This document shows positions 55,764 to 64,000 of a DNA stretch of 64,000 nt, piece after piece. How positions within the stretch are numbered: the first letter of the stretch is position 1; each line of letters begins with the position of its first letter. The notes beneath the pieces were generated by a model that was not told the DNA's origin, searched no databases, and was given only the letters and a program-made list of their open reading frames with translations. Source of the DNA: a virus (Duplodnaviria; Heunggongvirae; Uroviricota; Caudoviricetes); the IMG/VR virus record IMGVR_UViG_3300033068_000287, positions 21,498-85,497 of that record. One strand, given 5' to 3'. Both the position numbers and the translations under genes were made by a program.

Positions 55764-57068
55764 ATGCCAATCATTTCTGAACTTTCTAAGTTTTTCAATT
55801 CAAGACAAAACCAATCATTTGAATCTTATGATGGCTATGAAGACGGCTATCAATTTTCTTCTGTAGACATTCTATTACAAAGAGCAAGGCGCGATAAAGC
55901 TGTAAGAGAAAATAAGATTTTTGATTTTATTCAAGTTGAGAATGATCCTAATTTCTTACGTTCTGCTCCTGTCAATTCTAATACATTAAATAAACTTGTA
56001 TCTAAGCTATCAATTGCTACACAGATTGTTACTACAGTTAATGCTAAGTTTTATATGGCGGGCATTACTGAATTCTTGCCAGTGAATATTCAACAATTGC
56101 TATTTAATTTTCAAACTGTATCAGATACAGGAATCAATCTAACACAGAACATTAAACAGTTAGTTACATTTAAACAAATTGAACAAGCATTTTTAGATGA
56201 TTTGTCTATTCAGTTTTTAAATGGTACTATTACATATCAAGAAATTGTGAATATTGCTGATAATATTCTAGAGAATATGCCTATGCAAGAATCCATTAAA
56301 AACAATGGTTTGCGTTCTTTATTGTCTTTGAATCTGCAAAGTTTGTTTCCTGATAGTATGCTAGGAATTTTTGATTCTATTCAGTATCTAGATTATCTAG
56401 ATCAAATCTTTGGCGACAATCAAACAGAAAAAGACGACTTCACTAGACTATTATCTAACGATATTCAAAGTTATGTATCAAATACAACTGTAGAAACTAT
56501 TGTATCTGGGAATTATGATGATCTAGACGTTACGATGGATGATCCTTTGGGTCTATCTTCACAAGCTGCATTTATCGAAGAAATCAGACGCGAATATACG
56601 GAACATGTGGTAGATTTAATTATCAATCAACCTAATATCAATACAGAACAAAAAGAACAATTGATCGATATGGTAACTGTTGATCTAAATCAAAATCTAG
56701 AATCTGCATTTAGAGGAACTATTGGTCTTCCTTCTTTTGCTACTGTTGTTAAGGGCGTAAATACTGATAGTTACAATAAAACAGTATCATTCATTAATTC
56801 AGCTTTCGATAACTTTGCTAAAGAAACTATTATTACTCTAGGATTTACTGCGCCTACAAATCAACGTCCTCTTGATTATCTTGTTAATCTAAAGAAAAAT
56901 ATCAATGCGCGTATTGAAATGAAACGCCGTGGTGATACTTCAGAAGCGTTTGTAGAAATCGATAAGTATCTAAAGACAGTAATTTCTAACGGCGACATTA
57001 CAGATAAACATCTAGAATATTTACAGTCAAGACTTGATGATATTCTAAGAGAAAGAAATATAGGATAA
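55764..57068 (+). CDS. structural protein upstream of the central spike (hub-associated candidate)
   Basis: 434 aa ORF. Confidence 0.4.
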   Translation: MPIISELSKFFNSRQNQSFESYDGYEDGYQFSSVDILLQRARRDKAVRENKIFDFIQVENDPNFLRSAPVNSNTLNKLVSKLSIATQIVTTVNAKFYMAGITEFLPVNIQQLLFNFQTVSDTGINLTQNIKQLVTFKQIEQAFLDDLSIQFLNGTITYQEIVNIADNILENMPMQESIKNNGLRSLLSLNLQSLFPDSMLGIFDSIQYLDYLDQIFGDNQTEKDDFTRLLSNDIQSYVSNTTVETIVSGNYDDLDVTMDDPLGLSSQAAFIEEIRREYTEHVVDLIINQPNINTEQKEQLIDMVTVDLNQNLESAFRGTIGLPSFATVVKGVNTDSYNKTVSFINSAFDNFAKETIITLGFTAPTNQRPLDYLVNLKKNINARIEMKRRGDTSEAFVEIDKYLKTVISNGDITDKHLEYLQSRLDDILRERNIG

Positions 57069-57069
57069 A

Positions 57070-58227
57070 ATGTCAGATTCATTCTTTATGGGTAAAAATG
57101 GATTCATCTGGTGGTATGGAACTGTAGAAGATAACGGCGACCCTTTAGCTTTGGGTCGTTGCAGAATCAGAATTGCTGGATGGCATAATCAAAACATTGA
57201 AGAATTGCCTACAGAAACTTTACCGTGGGCATATCCTATTACGCCAATTACTAATTCCGCTGTTGCTGGTATTGGTGTTAGTCCTATCGGTCCGCAACCA
57301 GGAACAAGAGTAATTGGATTCTTTAATGATGGAGAAACTGGTCAGCAGCCAATGTTCTTCGGTACTTTACCGGGGAAAAGCGTTCAAGAATCTGGACATA
57401 AAACACCATACGGTTCAACACCAGCACAACCAAACAAACAAAAATGGTTTAATAAAGTATTTTCGCGTGAGGGTGATTGTCCTGACGGATATGCAGTAGA
57501 AACAACAGCAGCTAATAATACTGTTCCAGATCAATCAAGATTACCTATTTCAAAAGGTGAATGGGTTCTTCCTTTTACAGGATTCGTAAGTTCTGCATAT
57601 AACGATGCAAGAGGTAACGGAACACATAAAGGCGTTGATATTTGTCCTGCTGGATATTATAAACAGCAATCAGCAGGCGCAGCCCATTTGAATGGTAAGC
57701 TAAGAGGTGCTACTGGATTACCTGTTTTTGCTGCCGCTGATGGTGAAGTTGTTTATATTTGGACAGCAGATAAAGGACAAAAAGGCGTAGCAACACAATA
57801 TGATAAAACTGGCCGTGGTTCACGTTCTTACGGTAATGCTGTAGCAATCAGACACACACTAGCAAGCGGAACATATACGACAATCTATGCGCACTTAGGA
57901 TCAAAACAAGATGCAGGTTCAGACGCTCCTGGCGCAGGGATAAATGTATCTGTAGGACAAAGAGTAACAAAAGGCCAACAGATTGGAACTGTAGGAAGAT
58001 CGCACGTTTGGGATTCTCTTACTCATTTACATTTTGAAATCAGAGTGGGTACAGGTCTTCCTGCATCTAATAATCACATCAATCCTGGACGTATTTTTCC
58101 GCAATTGAATTGTGTACATACGAGCCAGCTTGGTGACGTACTAAAAGAAACTAATTATAATCTTACAAAATTACCATTCAAACTAAGTGATGCTCCTGTA
58201 ATATCAAGACAAGGGCCGAAAGAATAA
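57070..58227 (+). CDS. 5: baseplate central spike gp5-like: N-terminal OB-fold domain fused to an M23 (LytM-type) peptidase domain instead of a lysozyme domain
   Basis: N-terminus WYGTVEDNGDPLALGRCRIRIAGWHN...LPWAYPITP...VIGFFNDGETGQQPMFFGTLPG parallels the T4 gp5 OB domain. The C-terminal part has the M23 HxxxD and HxH motifs (HKGVDI, HLHFEI). Confidence 0.7.
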   Translation: MSDSFFMGKNGFIWWYGTVEDNGDPLALGRCRIRIAGWHNQNIEELPTETLPWAYPITPITNSAVAGIGVSPIGPQPGTRVIGFFNDGETGQQPMFFGTLPGKSVQESGHKTPYGSTPAQPNKQKWFNKVFSREGDCPDGYAVETTAANNTVPDQSRLPISKGEWVLPFTGFVSSAYNDARGNGTHKGVDICPAGYYKQQSAGAAHLNGKLRGATGLPVFAAADGEVVYIWTADKGQKGVATQYDKTGRGSRSYGNAVAIRHTLASGTYTTIYAHLGSKQDAGSDAPGAGINVSVGQRVTKGQQIGTVGRSHVWDSLTHLHFEIRVGTGLPASNNHINPGRIFPQLNCVHTSQLGDVLKETNYNLTKLPFKLSDAPVISRQGPKE

Positions 58228-58230
58228 TAG

Positions 58231-59103
58231 ATGACAAAAGATATTGATGATGACCGTTTAGATTCTCCACAGGCCGGTACTGGTGCTAGAACTACATTTC
58301 ACAATGATATTAAATCGACAAGAGTTGGTGTAATATCCACAGCAGACGATAAAGTAAACGTATCTGAACCGTCAAGTCCTTCTCATGCACAATATCCATA
58401 TAATAAAGCTGAACAAACTTTATCTGGACACTTGACAGAATTTGACGATACACCTGGCGCAGAACGTATCATGGAAATGCATAAGTCTGGAACATTCTAT
58501 GAAATTCATCCAGACGGATCAAAAGTAACCAGAATTTATGGTGATGATTTTTATATCATATTATCAGATCATAATCTTGTTGTTGGTGGTAATCTAAATA
58601 TCACAGTGCAGGGTGACGCAAATCTTTTGGTTAAAGGCAATATGAAACAAAAGATTGCCGGAAATTATGACTTGACAGTCCATGGAAATATGACCACAAG
58701 AATCCGCGGAACACAAGTAAATTATACAAAAGGTGATTTGGATATTCAGACCAAGGGAAATCTAAGAATTAGATCAGAATTAACTTCTGAATTTCAAGCT
58801 GTTGGTAAATTAGATATTAAGACAGAAAACGTTTTGTCCATGAGGTCAGAATCAATTGCTAGATTCTTTGCAAAAGGTAGATTATTTGTGGATGGATCAA
58901 GAGTTGATTTTAACTTGCCTGGAAGTGACCCCGGAAAATCCAAGGTTCTGGATAAAGACCCAACTGGTGGTTTGGAGGTTGCTGAATCTGTTATTGAACC
59001 ATCTATTGAATCATTAATGATTAACAGATCAGATAATTCAGCATTATCAGGAATCAATAATACAGGTATTAAATATCCTAAGGACAGAATCAATATCGAT
59101 TAA
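58231..59103 (+). CDS. spike beta-helix/needle protein (gp5 C-terminal-like)
   Basis: 290 aa. Tandem VxGxxxxxV-type repeats (VVGGNLNITVQGDANLLVKGNM...) after a conserved spike-base region. Confidence 0.55.
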   Translation: MTKDIDDDRLDSPQAGTGARTTFHNDIKSTRVGVISTADDKVNVSEPSSPSHAQYPYNKAEQTLSGHLTEFDDTPGAERIMEMHKSGTFYEIHPDGSKVTRIYGDDFYIILSDHNLVVGGNLNITVQGDANLLVKGNMKQKIAGNYDLTVHGNMTTRIRGTQVNYTKGDLDIQTKGNLRIRSELTSEFQAVGKLDIKTENVLSMRSESIARFFAKGRLFVDGSRVDFNLPGSDPGKSKVLDKDPTGGLEVAESVIEPSIESLMINRSDNSALSGINNTGIKYPKDRINID

Positions 59104-59121
59104 TAAAGGAATTACTAATAC

Positions 59122-59173
59122 AACTATCATAGGACACCTATGATTATATAGTAAGTTCCATAGATTGTCAAGG
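59122..59173. repeat. 52-bp element identical to the reverse complement of 6453-6504; upstream of the 59229 gene
   Basis: aactatcataggacacctatgattatatagtaagttccatagattgtcaagg, followed by tttTACATAAATAataaag (near-late-promoter). Confidence 0.9.
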
Positions 59174-59228
59174 ACTATTTTACATAAATAATAAAGAATA
59201 AATTAAGGAATTTAAAGGAATCAATAAA

Positions 59229-59909
59229 ATGAAATCATTACAAGAACTTAGAGAAAATGTTGCAGATAAAGTTGGTATTGTTACTGATATTATGCAACCT
59301 CATGAGTTGACATGTATCAAAGTATATGCAAAGCAAATTTCAGCAGCTTTTCAGCCAAACGTTCCAGACGTTATTAAAGGAATCGAAGCTGAACTTAATA
59401 AGTTTGGATTTTCTCTAGGAGAACTAGATGATGAAATTCCATTTGATGGCGAAGCCAGTGAAGACTTTGCGGTTCTAGTAGCATCGACTGGCGAAGCAGT
59501 AAGAAACGTTTATCTAACACTAACATGGTTTACAATGTCCAGTGGTCAGCAATATGCACTAAGAGCCGATGGATCAGAACTAAGACTAGACGTTAGACTT
59601 AAAGTTAATGAAGTTGATCCTAATGATTATGATTCTCTTTATGATGAAGATGCTGATTCTGTAGTAGAAGAATCTTTAGAAATTGTAGATGCTCCTGAAG
59701 TTGAATTTCTTGACGAAGCATTTCAAATCAAGAAAACACAAAGAAGTCTAAAAGTATTACAAGGCAAAGAAGGCGATTTAGAATTTACCGTAAACACAGA
59801 CGGTTCAATCAGCTTTAATGCGTCAGGCAATTTTCAAGTTCCAAAAAACAAAGCAACTGAAGTTATGACGAAACTAATGGATCACTATATCGGTCTAACA
59901 GAAAAGTAA
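59229..59909 (+). CDS. hypothetical acidic protein
   Basis: 226 aa. GGAATC RBS region. Confidence 0.45.
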   Translation: MKSLQELRENVADKVGIVTDIMQPHELTCIKVYAKQISAAFQPNVPDVIKGIEAELNKFGFSLGELDDEIPFDGEASEDFAVLVASTGEAVRNVYLTLTWFTMSSGQQYALRADGSELRLDVRLKVNEVDPNDYDSLYDEDADSVVEESLEIVDAPEVEFLDEAFQIKKTQRSLKVLQGKEGDLEFTVNTDGSISFNASGNFQVPKNKATEVMTKLMDHYIGLTEK

Positions 59910-59919
59910 TTCAGTAATA

Positions 59920-60348
59920 ATGCAAGAGTTAACCTATATTCGTGATACTGATTTAAATGACCGCAACTTTCTATTATATGCGGCAAAGAATTACGAGAAT
60001 CCGCATTGCTACGAAATGGAAGAATTCTATAACGATTTATCTATGACGTTGCATTTAAGAAAACTATTTACCCGCTATCATGTAAATGGTGTTCTAAAGG
60101 ATAGACTAATTATAAATCATATCATTAGTCTATATAATGTGTTTACTCCTATTGCAGCAGCTAAGATACTATTTTTTAAAATAGAAAAGAAGTATCATAG
60201 CTATTTAAAAACTGTTCTTGTATATCTTGGGCGTTGTCCTGATGTTATTATTTTGAACGGTGAATATTATAATATTAAAGCTATTCCTATTGATAAAAGT
60301 CTATTAGACAAACTAGGTAAAGAAAATACTATTGAGGACGAAGAATAA
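59920..60348 (+). CDS. hypothetical protein
   Basis: 142 aa ORF. Confidence 0.4.
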   Translation: MQELTYIRDTDLNDRNFLLYAAKNYENPHCYEMEEFYNDLSMTLHLRKLFTRYHVNGVLKDRLIINHIISLYNVFTPIAAAKILFFKIEKKYHSYLKTVLVYLGRCPDVIILNGEYYNIKAIPIDKSLLDKLGKENTIEDEE

Positions 60349-61058
60349 TGGCAAATCCTTTTGATACGTTTTATGCGTTCAAGTTTCTGTACCTATTGAC
60401 ACAAAAATGGGAAGACACTGATGCCTTCAAATTGGGCATCATTGATGCGTCTGGTAAAGTTCTTAGAAAACGTACTACTCTCAAAACAGACGAAGAAAGA
60501 ACAGCTTATACACGATTCAATCAATTAGTTTGGAATATCAAAAAACTAATTGAAAAAGTACCTCTAGGCAAGACAACAGTAGCAAAATATGCGTCTGCAC
60601 TGTATCTAATTCGTGAAGAATTTGGTATTAATGAGAATGATTTGCTAGAGCATTTAGGAATTGAAGTTCCTGAAATCTCACAACTTGTGCTAGAATCCCA
60701 AACTGATAAATATATACAGGTATTCGGACTATATTTTGAAGACAAAGGTATGGGAGAATTAGAGTTAGTTTCAGAAGACACAACAATGGCAGGTATTGAT
60801 ATTGTTGATAAACGTCTAAATGATGACACTGATGCTCCTGATGAAAGTTTTGCTGGCTCTGTTGTATTTACTTGCGATACTCATACATTTAATAGATGTA
60901 GATTAGGTAAAGATAGTAAATACGCAAGATACAAAACATATGTTGGTGATGATGCTGTTGGAGAGAAAATCCGACAATATGGCCGCAAGTATCCAAATAA
61001 AAGTATTGTTTTAAAAAACAGTATGACAGGATCAATGTTGTATTTAAAAAAGAAATAG
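60348..61058 (+). CDS. hypothetical protein
   Basis: 236 aa ORF, ATAATG-coupled. Confidence 0.4.
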   Translation: MANPFDTFYAFKFLYLLTQKWEDTDAFKLGIIDASGKVLRKRTTLKTDEERTAYTRFNQLVWNIKKLIEKVPLGKTTVAKYASALYLIREEFGINENDLLEHLGIEVPEISQLVLESQTDKYIQVFGLYFEDKGMGELELVSEDTTMAGIDIVDKRLNDDTDAPDESFAGSVVFTCDTHTFNRCRLGKDSKYARYKTYVGDDAVGEKIRQYGRKYPNKSIVLKNSMTGSMLYLKKK

Positions 61059-61067
61059 AGAGTAGCA

Positions 61068-61406
61068 ATGACTAAGAAATCAACAACAACAGAACATTTA
61101 GTTGCGTCAATAGCAGCACTACAAAAAGAAGTAGACAAAATTTCTTCAGAAATTCAAAAGATTGATTCTAACGGTCAACAATTGACGTATCTGGAAAAGA
61201 ATGTAGAACGTATCGAAAAGAACATAGAAAAAATCGTTGCACAATTAGATGCAATTAAAAAAGAGATCAACGATGAATTAAAAGAAAACTATGTGAATAT
61301 AGATAAATTTGAGCCAGTAAAAATTATTGTATTTGGTATTGCTGGTATGGTGCTTATCGCTGTACTTGCTGCATTACTAGGTATAGTTGTATTACCGACT
61401 CCATAG
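61068..61406 (+). CDS. coiled-coil protein with a C-terminal transmembrane anchor
   Basis: 112 aa. C-terminus KIIVFGIAGMVLIAVLAALLGIVVLPTP. Confidence 0.4.
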   Translation: MTKKSTTTEHLVASIAALQKEVDKISSEIQKIDSNGQQLTYLEKNVERIEKNIEKIVAQLDAIKKEINDELKENYVNIDKFEPVKIIVFGIAGMVLIAVLAALLGIVVLPTP

Positions 61407-61414
61407 GAGATAAC

Positions 61415-61645
61415 ATGACAAAAGCTATTGATGATACAAAAGGTAAAAATAAGGAAAGTCTGGCGACATATACAGTCAAACATAAATTTCCTATAACGTT
61501 TATCTTGTTTATGTATCTATGTTTATGTTTGATTTTATTTAATGTGCTGAATCATACTATTGTTATTAATACGAGACAGCATCCAGTAACAATCATTGAA
61601 ATGTCGGGAACAGATAATGCCAATATTAGATACTTTACAGATTAA
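61415..61645 (+). CDS. small membrane protein
   Basis: 76 aa with one hydrophobic helix. Confidence 0.3.
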   Translation: MTKAIDDTKGKNKESLATYTVKHKFPITFILFMYLCLCLILFNVLNHTIVINTRQHPVTIIEMSGTDNANIRYFTD

Positions 61646-62060
61646 AATTGCCGCTGTTGTCGGTATCGTTTTTCTTGTTATTGTTGTAGGATTTGCTGCA
61701 TACTTTAACTGGTCACAACATCAACTAAAATTAAATGCTGGTAAATTAGCAGCATACGAAATTTCTATTCAAGAACAAGAAAAAACAATAACTGAACTAT
61801 TCAAAAATATTGAAGACATTAAAGCAGTATCGAATAGACTTACAGACATTGAACGAAACAACTTTTCACAATCTCAAAAATTAAATCAGACACTTTCTAA
61901 ATTAGAAAATGTTGCAGCGGCAAGACCAGGTCTTGTTGAGAATTTAATTAACAATGCTGCTAAAGATCGTAATAGATGCTTTGCGCTTGCTACTGGTGCT
62001 GTTCCCGAAAAGAATGAAAAGAATAGAGTTTGTCCACAACTTCTGACAGAAAAGAAATAA
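61617..62060 (+). CDS. i-spanin-like protein (Rz/PseT.3-type: N-terminal TM plus periplasmic coiled coil)
   Basis: Internal start MPILDTLQIKIAAVVGIVFLVIVVGFAAY, then coiled coil, and is followed by a lipoprotein gene. Confidence 0.45.
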   Translation: MPILDTLQIKIAAVVGIVFLVIVVGFAAYFNWSQHQLKLNAGKLAAYEISIQEQEKTITELFKNIEDIKAVSNRLTDIERNNFSQSQKLNQTLSKLENVAAARPGLVENLINNAAKDRNRCFALATGAVPEKNEKNRVCPQLLTEKK

Positions 62061-62063
62061 ATT

Positions 62064-62360
62064 ATGAAAAAAATCCTATTGACTTTTATGTTATTGTTTG
62101 CTATAATGCCCCTAATTGGATGTGAATCTCTTAATATTAAGACACAGCCAAGAGAGACTGCAAAACTAGAATTACAACTACCAAAACCTTTAGAACTTGA
62201 AAACGTCAAATGGAAATTACTTTCCATGGACGGCACAACATATTATGCAGTAACATCTAAAGGATATGAGGCTTTAAGTCGTAATACTGAACAAGTCCAA
62301 AACAGAATAATTTATTTACAGAATCTAACCACGGAACAAAAGTTCTTTTACGAACAATAA
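62064..62360 (+). CDS. o-spanin-like outer-membrane lipoprotein (Rz1/PseT.2-type)
   Basis: 98 aa. Signal peptide with lipobox LIGC. Confidence 0.5.
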   Translation: MKKILLTFMLLFAIMPLIGCESLNIKTQPRETAKLELQLPKPLELENVKWKLLSMDGTTYYAVTSKGYEALSRNTEQVQNRIIYLQNLTTEQKFFYEQ

Positions 62361-62407
62361 TATAAGTCTTGACTTTGTTATTACGTTCCCTTACAATATA
62401 AAGTAAT

Positions 62408-63025
62408 ATGACAATAAAAATCGGAATTTTAGGAAGTCCAGGGTCTGGAAAGACAGTCCTGGCAGCAAGACTATATGCAGAATTATTAGAACGTGGTGTT
62501 TATGGCACTAGACTAGTTACTGAATACGCGCATGAATATCTTGGACAAGGTAATAAACTTGATACAATGCACGCCCAGCAAGAGGTAACAGATAAACAAC
62601 TACATAGAGAAATCACCGCAGAAGAATCAAACTTTAATCCAATTATTTGTGATTCTTGTTTGTGGATCGCTGGTATCTATTTGAACTACAGATTAGACAC
62701 GCAAGGATTTTCTAATGCAGAACGTGATATGTTCGAACCGCATTACACCGAACAAGATTATCTGAAACAAAAAGACGAATACATAGAACGTCTTGACAAA
62801 ATCTGTGATTACGATTATACTATCTATGTGCCACTATTTGATAAAACGGACAAGTCTAATACCTTTAGACTTCATGATGGCAATCAATCATATGAATTAG
62901 ACCTTAGAATGAAAGAAAAACTAAAACAGTTTGACAACGTTCGAAGGGCGCCTAAGAAATTATCTGATAGAGAATATTTTATCAAACTGATAGCAAGTGA
63001 AATTGAAGAAAAATTATTAGAGTAA
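62408..63025 (+). CDS. P-loop NTPase (nucleoside/nucleotide kinase-like)
   Basis: 205 aa. Walker A GSPGSGKT at the N-terminus. Confidence 0.45.
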   Translation: MTIKIGILGSPGSGKTVLAARLYAELLERGVYGTRLVTEYAHEYLGQGNKLDTMHAQQEVTDKQLHREITAEESNFNPIICDSCLWIAGIYLNYRLDTQGFSNAERDMFEPHYTEQDYLKQKDEYIERLDKICDYDYTIYVPLFDKTDKSNTFRLHDGNQSYELDLRMKEKLKQFDNVRRAPKKLSDREYFIKLIASEIEEKLLE

Positions 63026-63028
63026 GAT

Positions 63029-64000
63029 ATGCCCATTTATATTGATGAAAAATTTGCAAGTTTACTATCTCCAAAATTGCCACTGTTTAAGTGGAAGGGT
63101 GATGGCTCTGCAAATTTTCGTTGTCCGATTTGTGGGGATTCTCAAAAAAGTAAAACTAAAAAGCGTGGATATTTGTACCCAGTAAGAGAAAAAGATATTC
63201 TTGCATTCAAGTGTCAAAATTGTGGTGCATCCCATACGTTTAATACTTTCTTACAGATCGTGGACCCTACTCTACACAAAGACTATATATATGAGGCGTT
63301 TAAATTTAATAACGACCATAAATGGTACACACACAGACATGAGAAAAATCTCAAAACTGTAGAAACACAAGTTGCAATTGAATCTGATGATCCATTACAA
63401 CATTTGAAGCGTGTTGATACTTTAGAGCCTTCGCATGAGTGTATTAAATATATCACTGAAAGAAAAATCCCTAGACGTTATTGGGAAAAGTTGTGGTATG
63501 CAGATAATTACTGCAAATGGATTAATGAAAATGTTGTCAAAGATAAATTTGAAAAAACATCTAGATTTGATAATCGTTTAGTTATTCCGTTTTATACTAA
63601 AAGAAAAACTCCATATGCATTCCAAGGAAGGTATATTGGGGGGAACAAAAATGCTATTCGTTACCTAACAGTGCATCCAGACTCTGGCACTTTATTAGTT
63701 TACGGATTCGATACTGTAGATATAAAACAGACTATATATGTTCTGGAAGGTCCAATTGATTCTATGTTTGTATCCAATTCCTTGGCTGTTGCTGGATCAT
63801 CATTGAAAAAGTTGCTTAAGCTGGCAAATAAAATGGATATGGTTTTTGTCTTTGATAATGAACCACGCTCTCCAGATATTTGTAAACTTATGGAACAAAT
63901 CATTAAGATGGATAAGAAAATTGTTATTTGGCCTAAATCCATAATTCATAAAGATGTTAATAAAATGATTATGAATGGATTAACTGAAGACGATGTAATG
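63029..64000 (+). CDS. 61: DNA primase gp61, partial (3' end beyond the window)
   Basis: Zinc ribbon FRCPICGDSQKS..CQNCG vs T4 gp61 FRCPVCGDSKTD..CYNCN. Motifs YVLEGPIDSMF and DNEPRSPDI vs T4 YVLEGPIDSLF and DNEPRHPDT. Confidence 0.85.
   Translation, partial: MPIYIDEKFASLLSPKLPLFKWKGDGSANFRCPICGDSQKSKTKKRGYLYPVREKDILAFKCQNCGASHTFNTFLQIVDPTLHKDYIYEAFKFNNDHKWYTHRHEKNLKTVETQVAIESDDPLQHLKRVDTLEPSHECIKYITERKIPRRYWEKLWYADNYCKWINENVVKDKFEKTSRFDNRLVIPFYTKRKTPYAFQGRYIGGNKNAIRYLTVHPDSGTLLVYGFDTVDIKQTIYVLEGPIDSMFVSNSLAVAGSSLKKLLKLANKMDMVFVFDNEPRSPDICKLMEQIIKMDKKIVIWPKSIIHKDVNKMIMNGLTEDDVM

Noticed and set aside
1-64000. CRISPR arrays, integrase/att sites, transposases
   Set aside because: No spaced direct-repeat arrays, tyrosine or serine recombinase motifs or IS-like terminal inverted repeats were seen. 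The only mobile-type gene is the HNH endonuclease.

Overview
This 64 kb window is AT-rich DNA (roughly 34-36 % GC by eye) from a T4-like (Tevenvirinae/Straboviridae-type) myovirus. The gene order is rearranged relative to T4. Every call was made by eye from the ORF track and the raw sequence; no searches, tRNAscan or folding were run.

Layout, start to end:
- **1-6.4 kb, minus strand:** baseplate wedge module gp10-like (partial), gp8, a short gp7, gp6 and gp25.
- **6.5-11.6 kb, minus strand:** small accessory genes (ParB-like nuclease domain, CMP/dCMP deaminase) and a minus-strand tRNA set (His-like, Gln, Pro, Val, Glu) with an HNH endonuclease gene embedded in it.
- **11.8-48.5 kb, plus strand:** an early/replication block.
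  - A CobT-like vWA protein and a CobS-like MoxR AAA+ ATPase sit immediately before the sliding clamp gp45, clamp loader gp44/gp62 and RegA.
  - A roughly 16 kb accessory island follows. It holds a CYTH protein, a HAD phosphatase, a LapG-like transglutaminase-type cysteine-protease lipoprotein, RNA ligase 1, a Pnk-like kinase, a BRCT protein, a Mod/Alt-like ADP-ribosyltransferase, a NADAR (YbiA/DUF1768) protein and an SPFH/band-7 membrane protein.
  - At least 15 plus-strand tRNA or tRNA-like genes are interleaved with 40-60 aa hydrophobic peptide ORFs.
  - The block ends with DNA polymerase gp43, UvsX, gp40-like, helicase gp41, an ArfB-like peptidyl-tRNA hydrolase, a SLOG-family protein, a metallophosphoesterase and SSB gp32 behind an operator-like A-rich leader.
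- **48.5-54.0 kb, minus strand:** baseplate/hub genes including gp53.
- **54.1-64.0 kb, plus strand:** head completion gp4, a gp5-like central spike carrying an M23 peptidase domain with a separate beta-helix ORF, an i-spanin/o-spanin pair, and the start of primase gp61.

The most notable observations:
- A perfect 52-bp inverted repeat lies upstream of two late operons about 52.6 kb apart.
- Two clean cloverleaf tRNA-like genes carry AGCG-type T-loops and D-loops without GG.
- Two 83-nt tRNA-Arg-like paralogs share blocks that do not fit the canonical fold.
- The CobS/CobT pair is wired into the replication cluster.
- The LapG-like lipoprotein, the ADP-ribosyltransferase plus NADAR combination, and the ArfB-like factor are unusual phage cargo.
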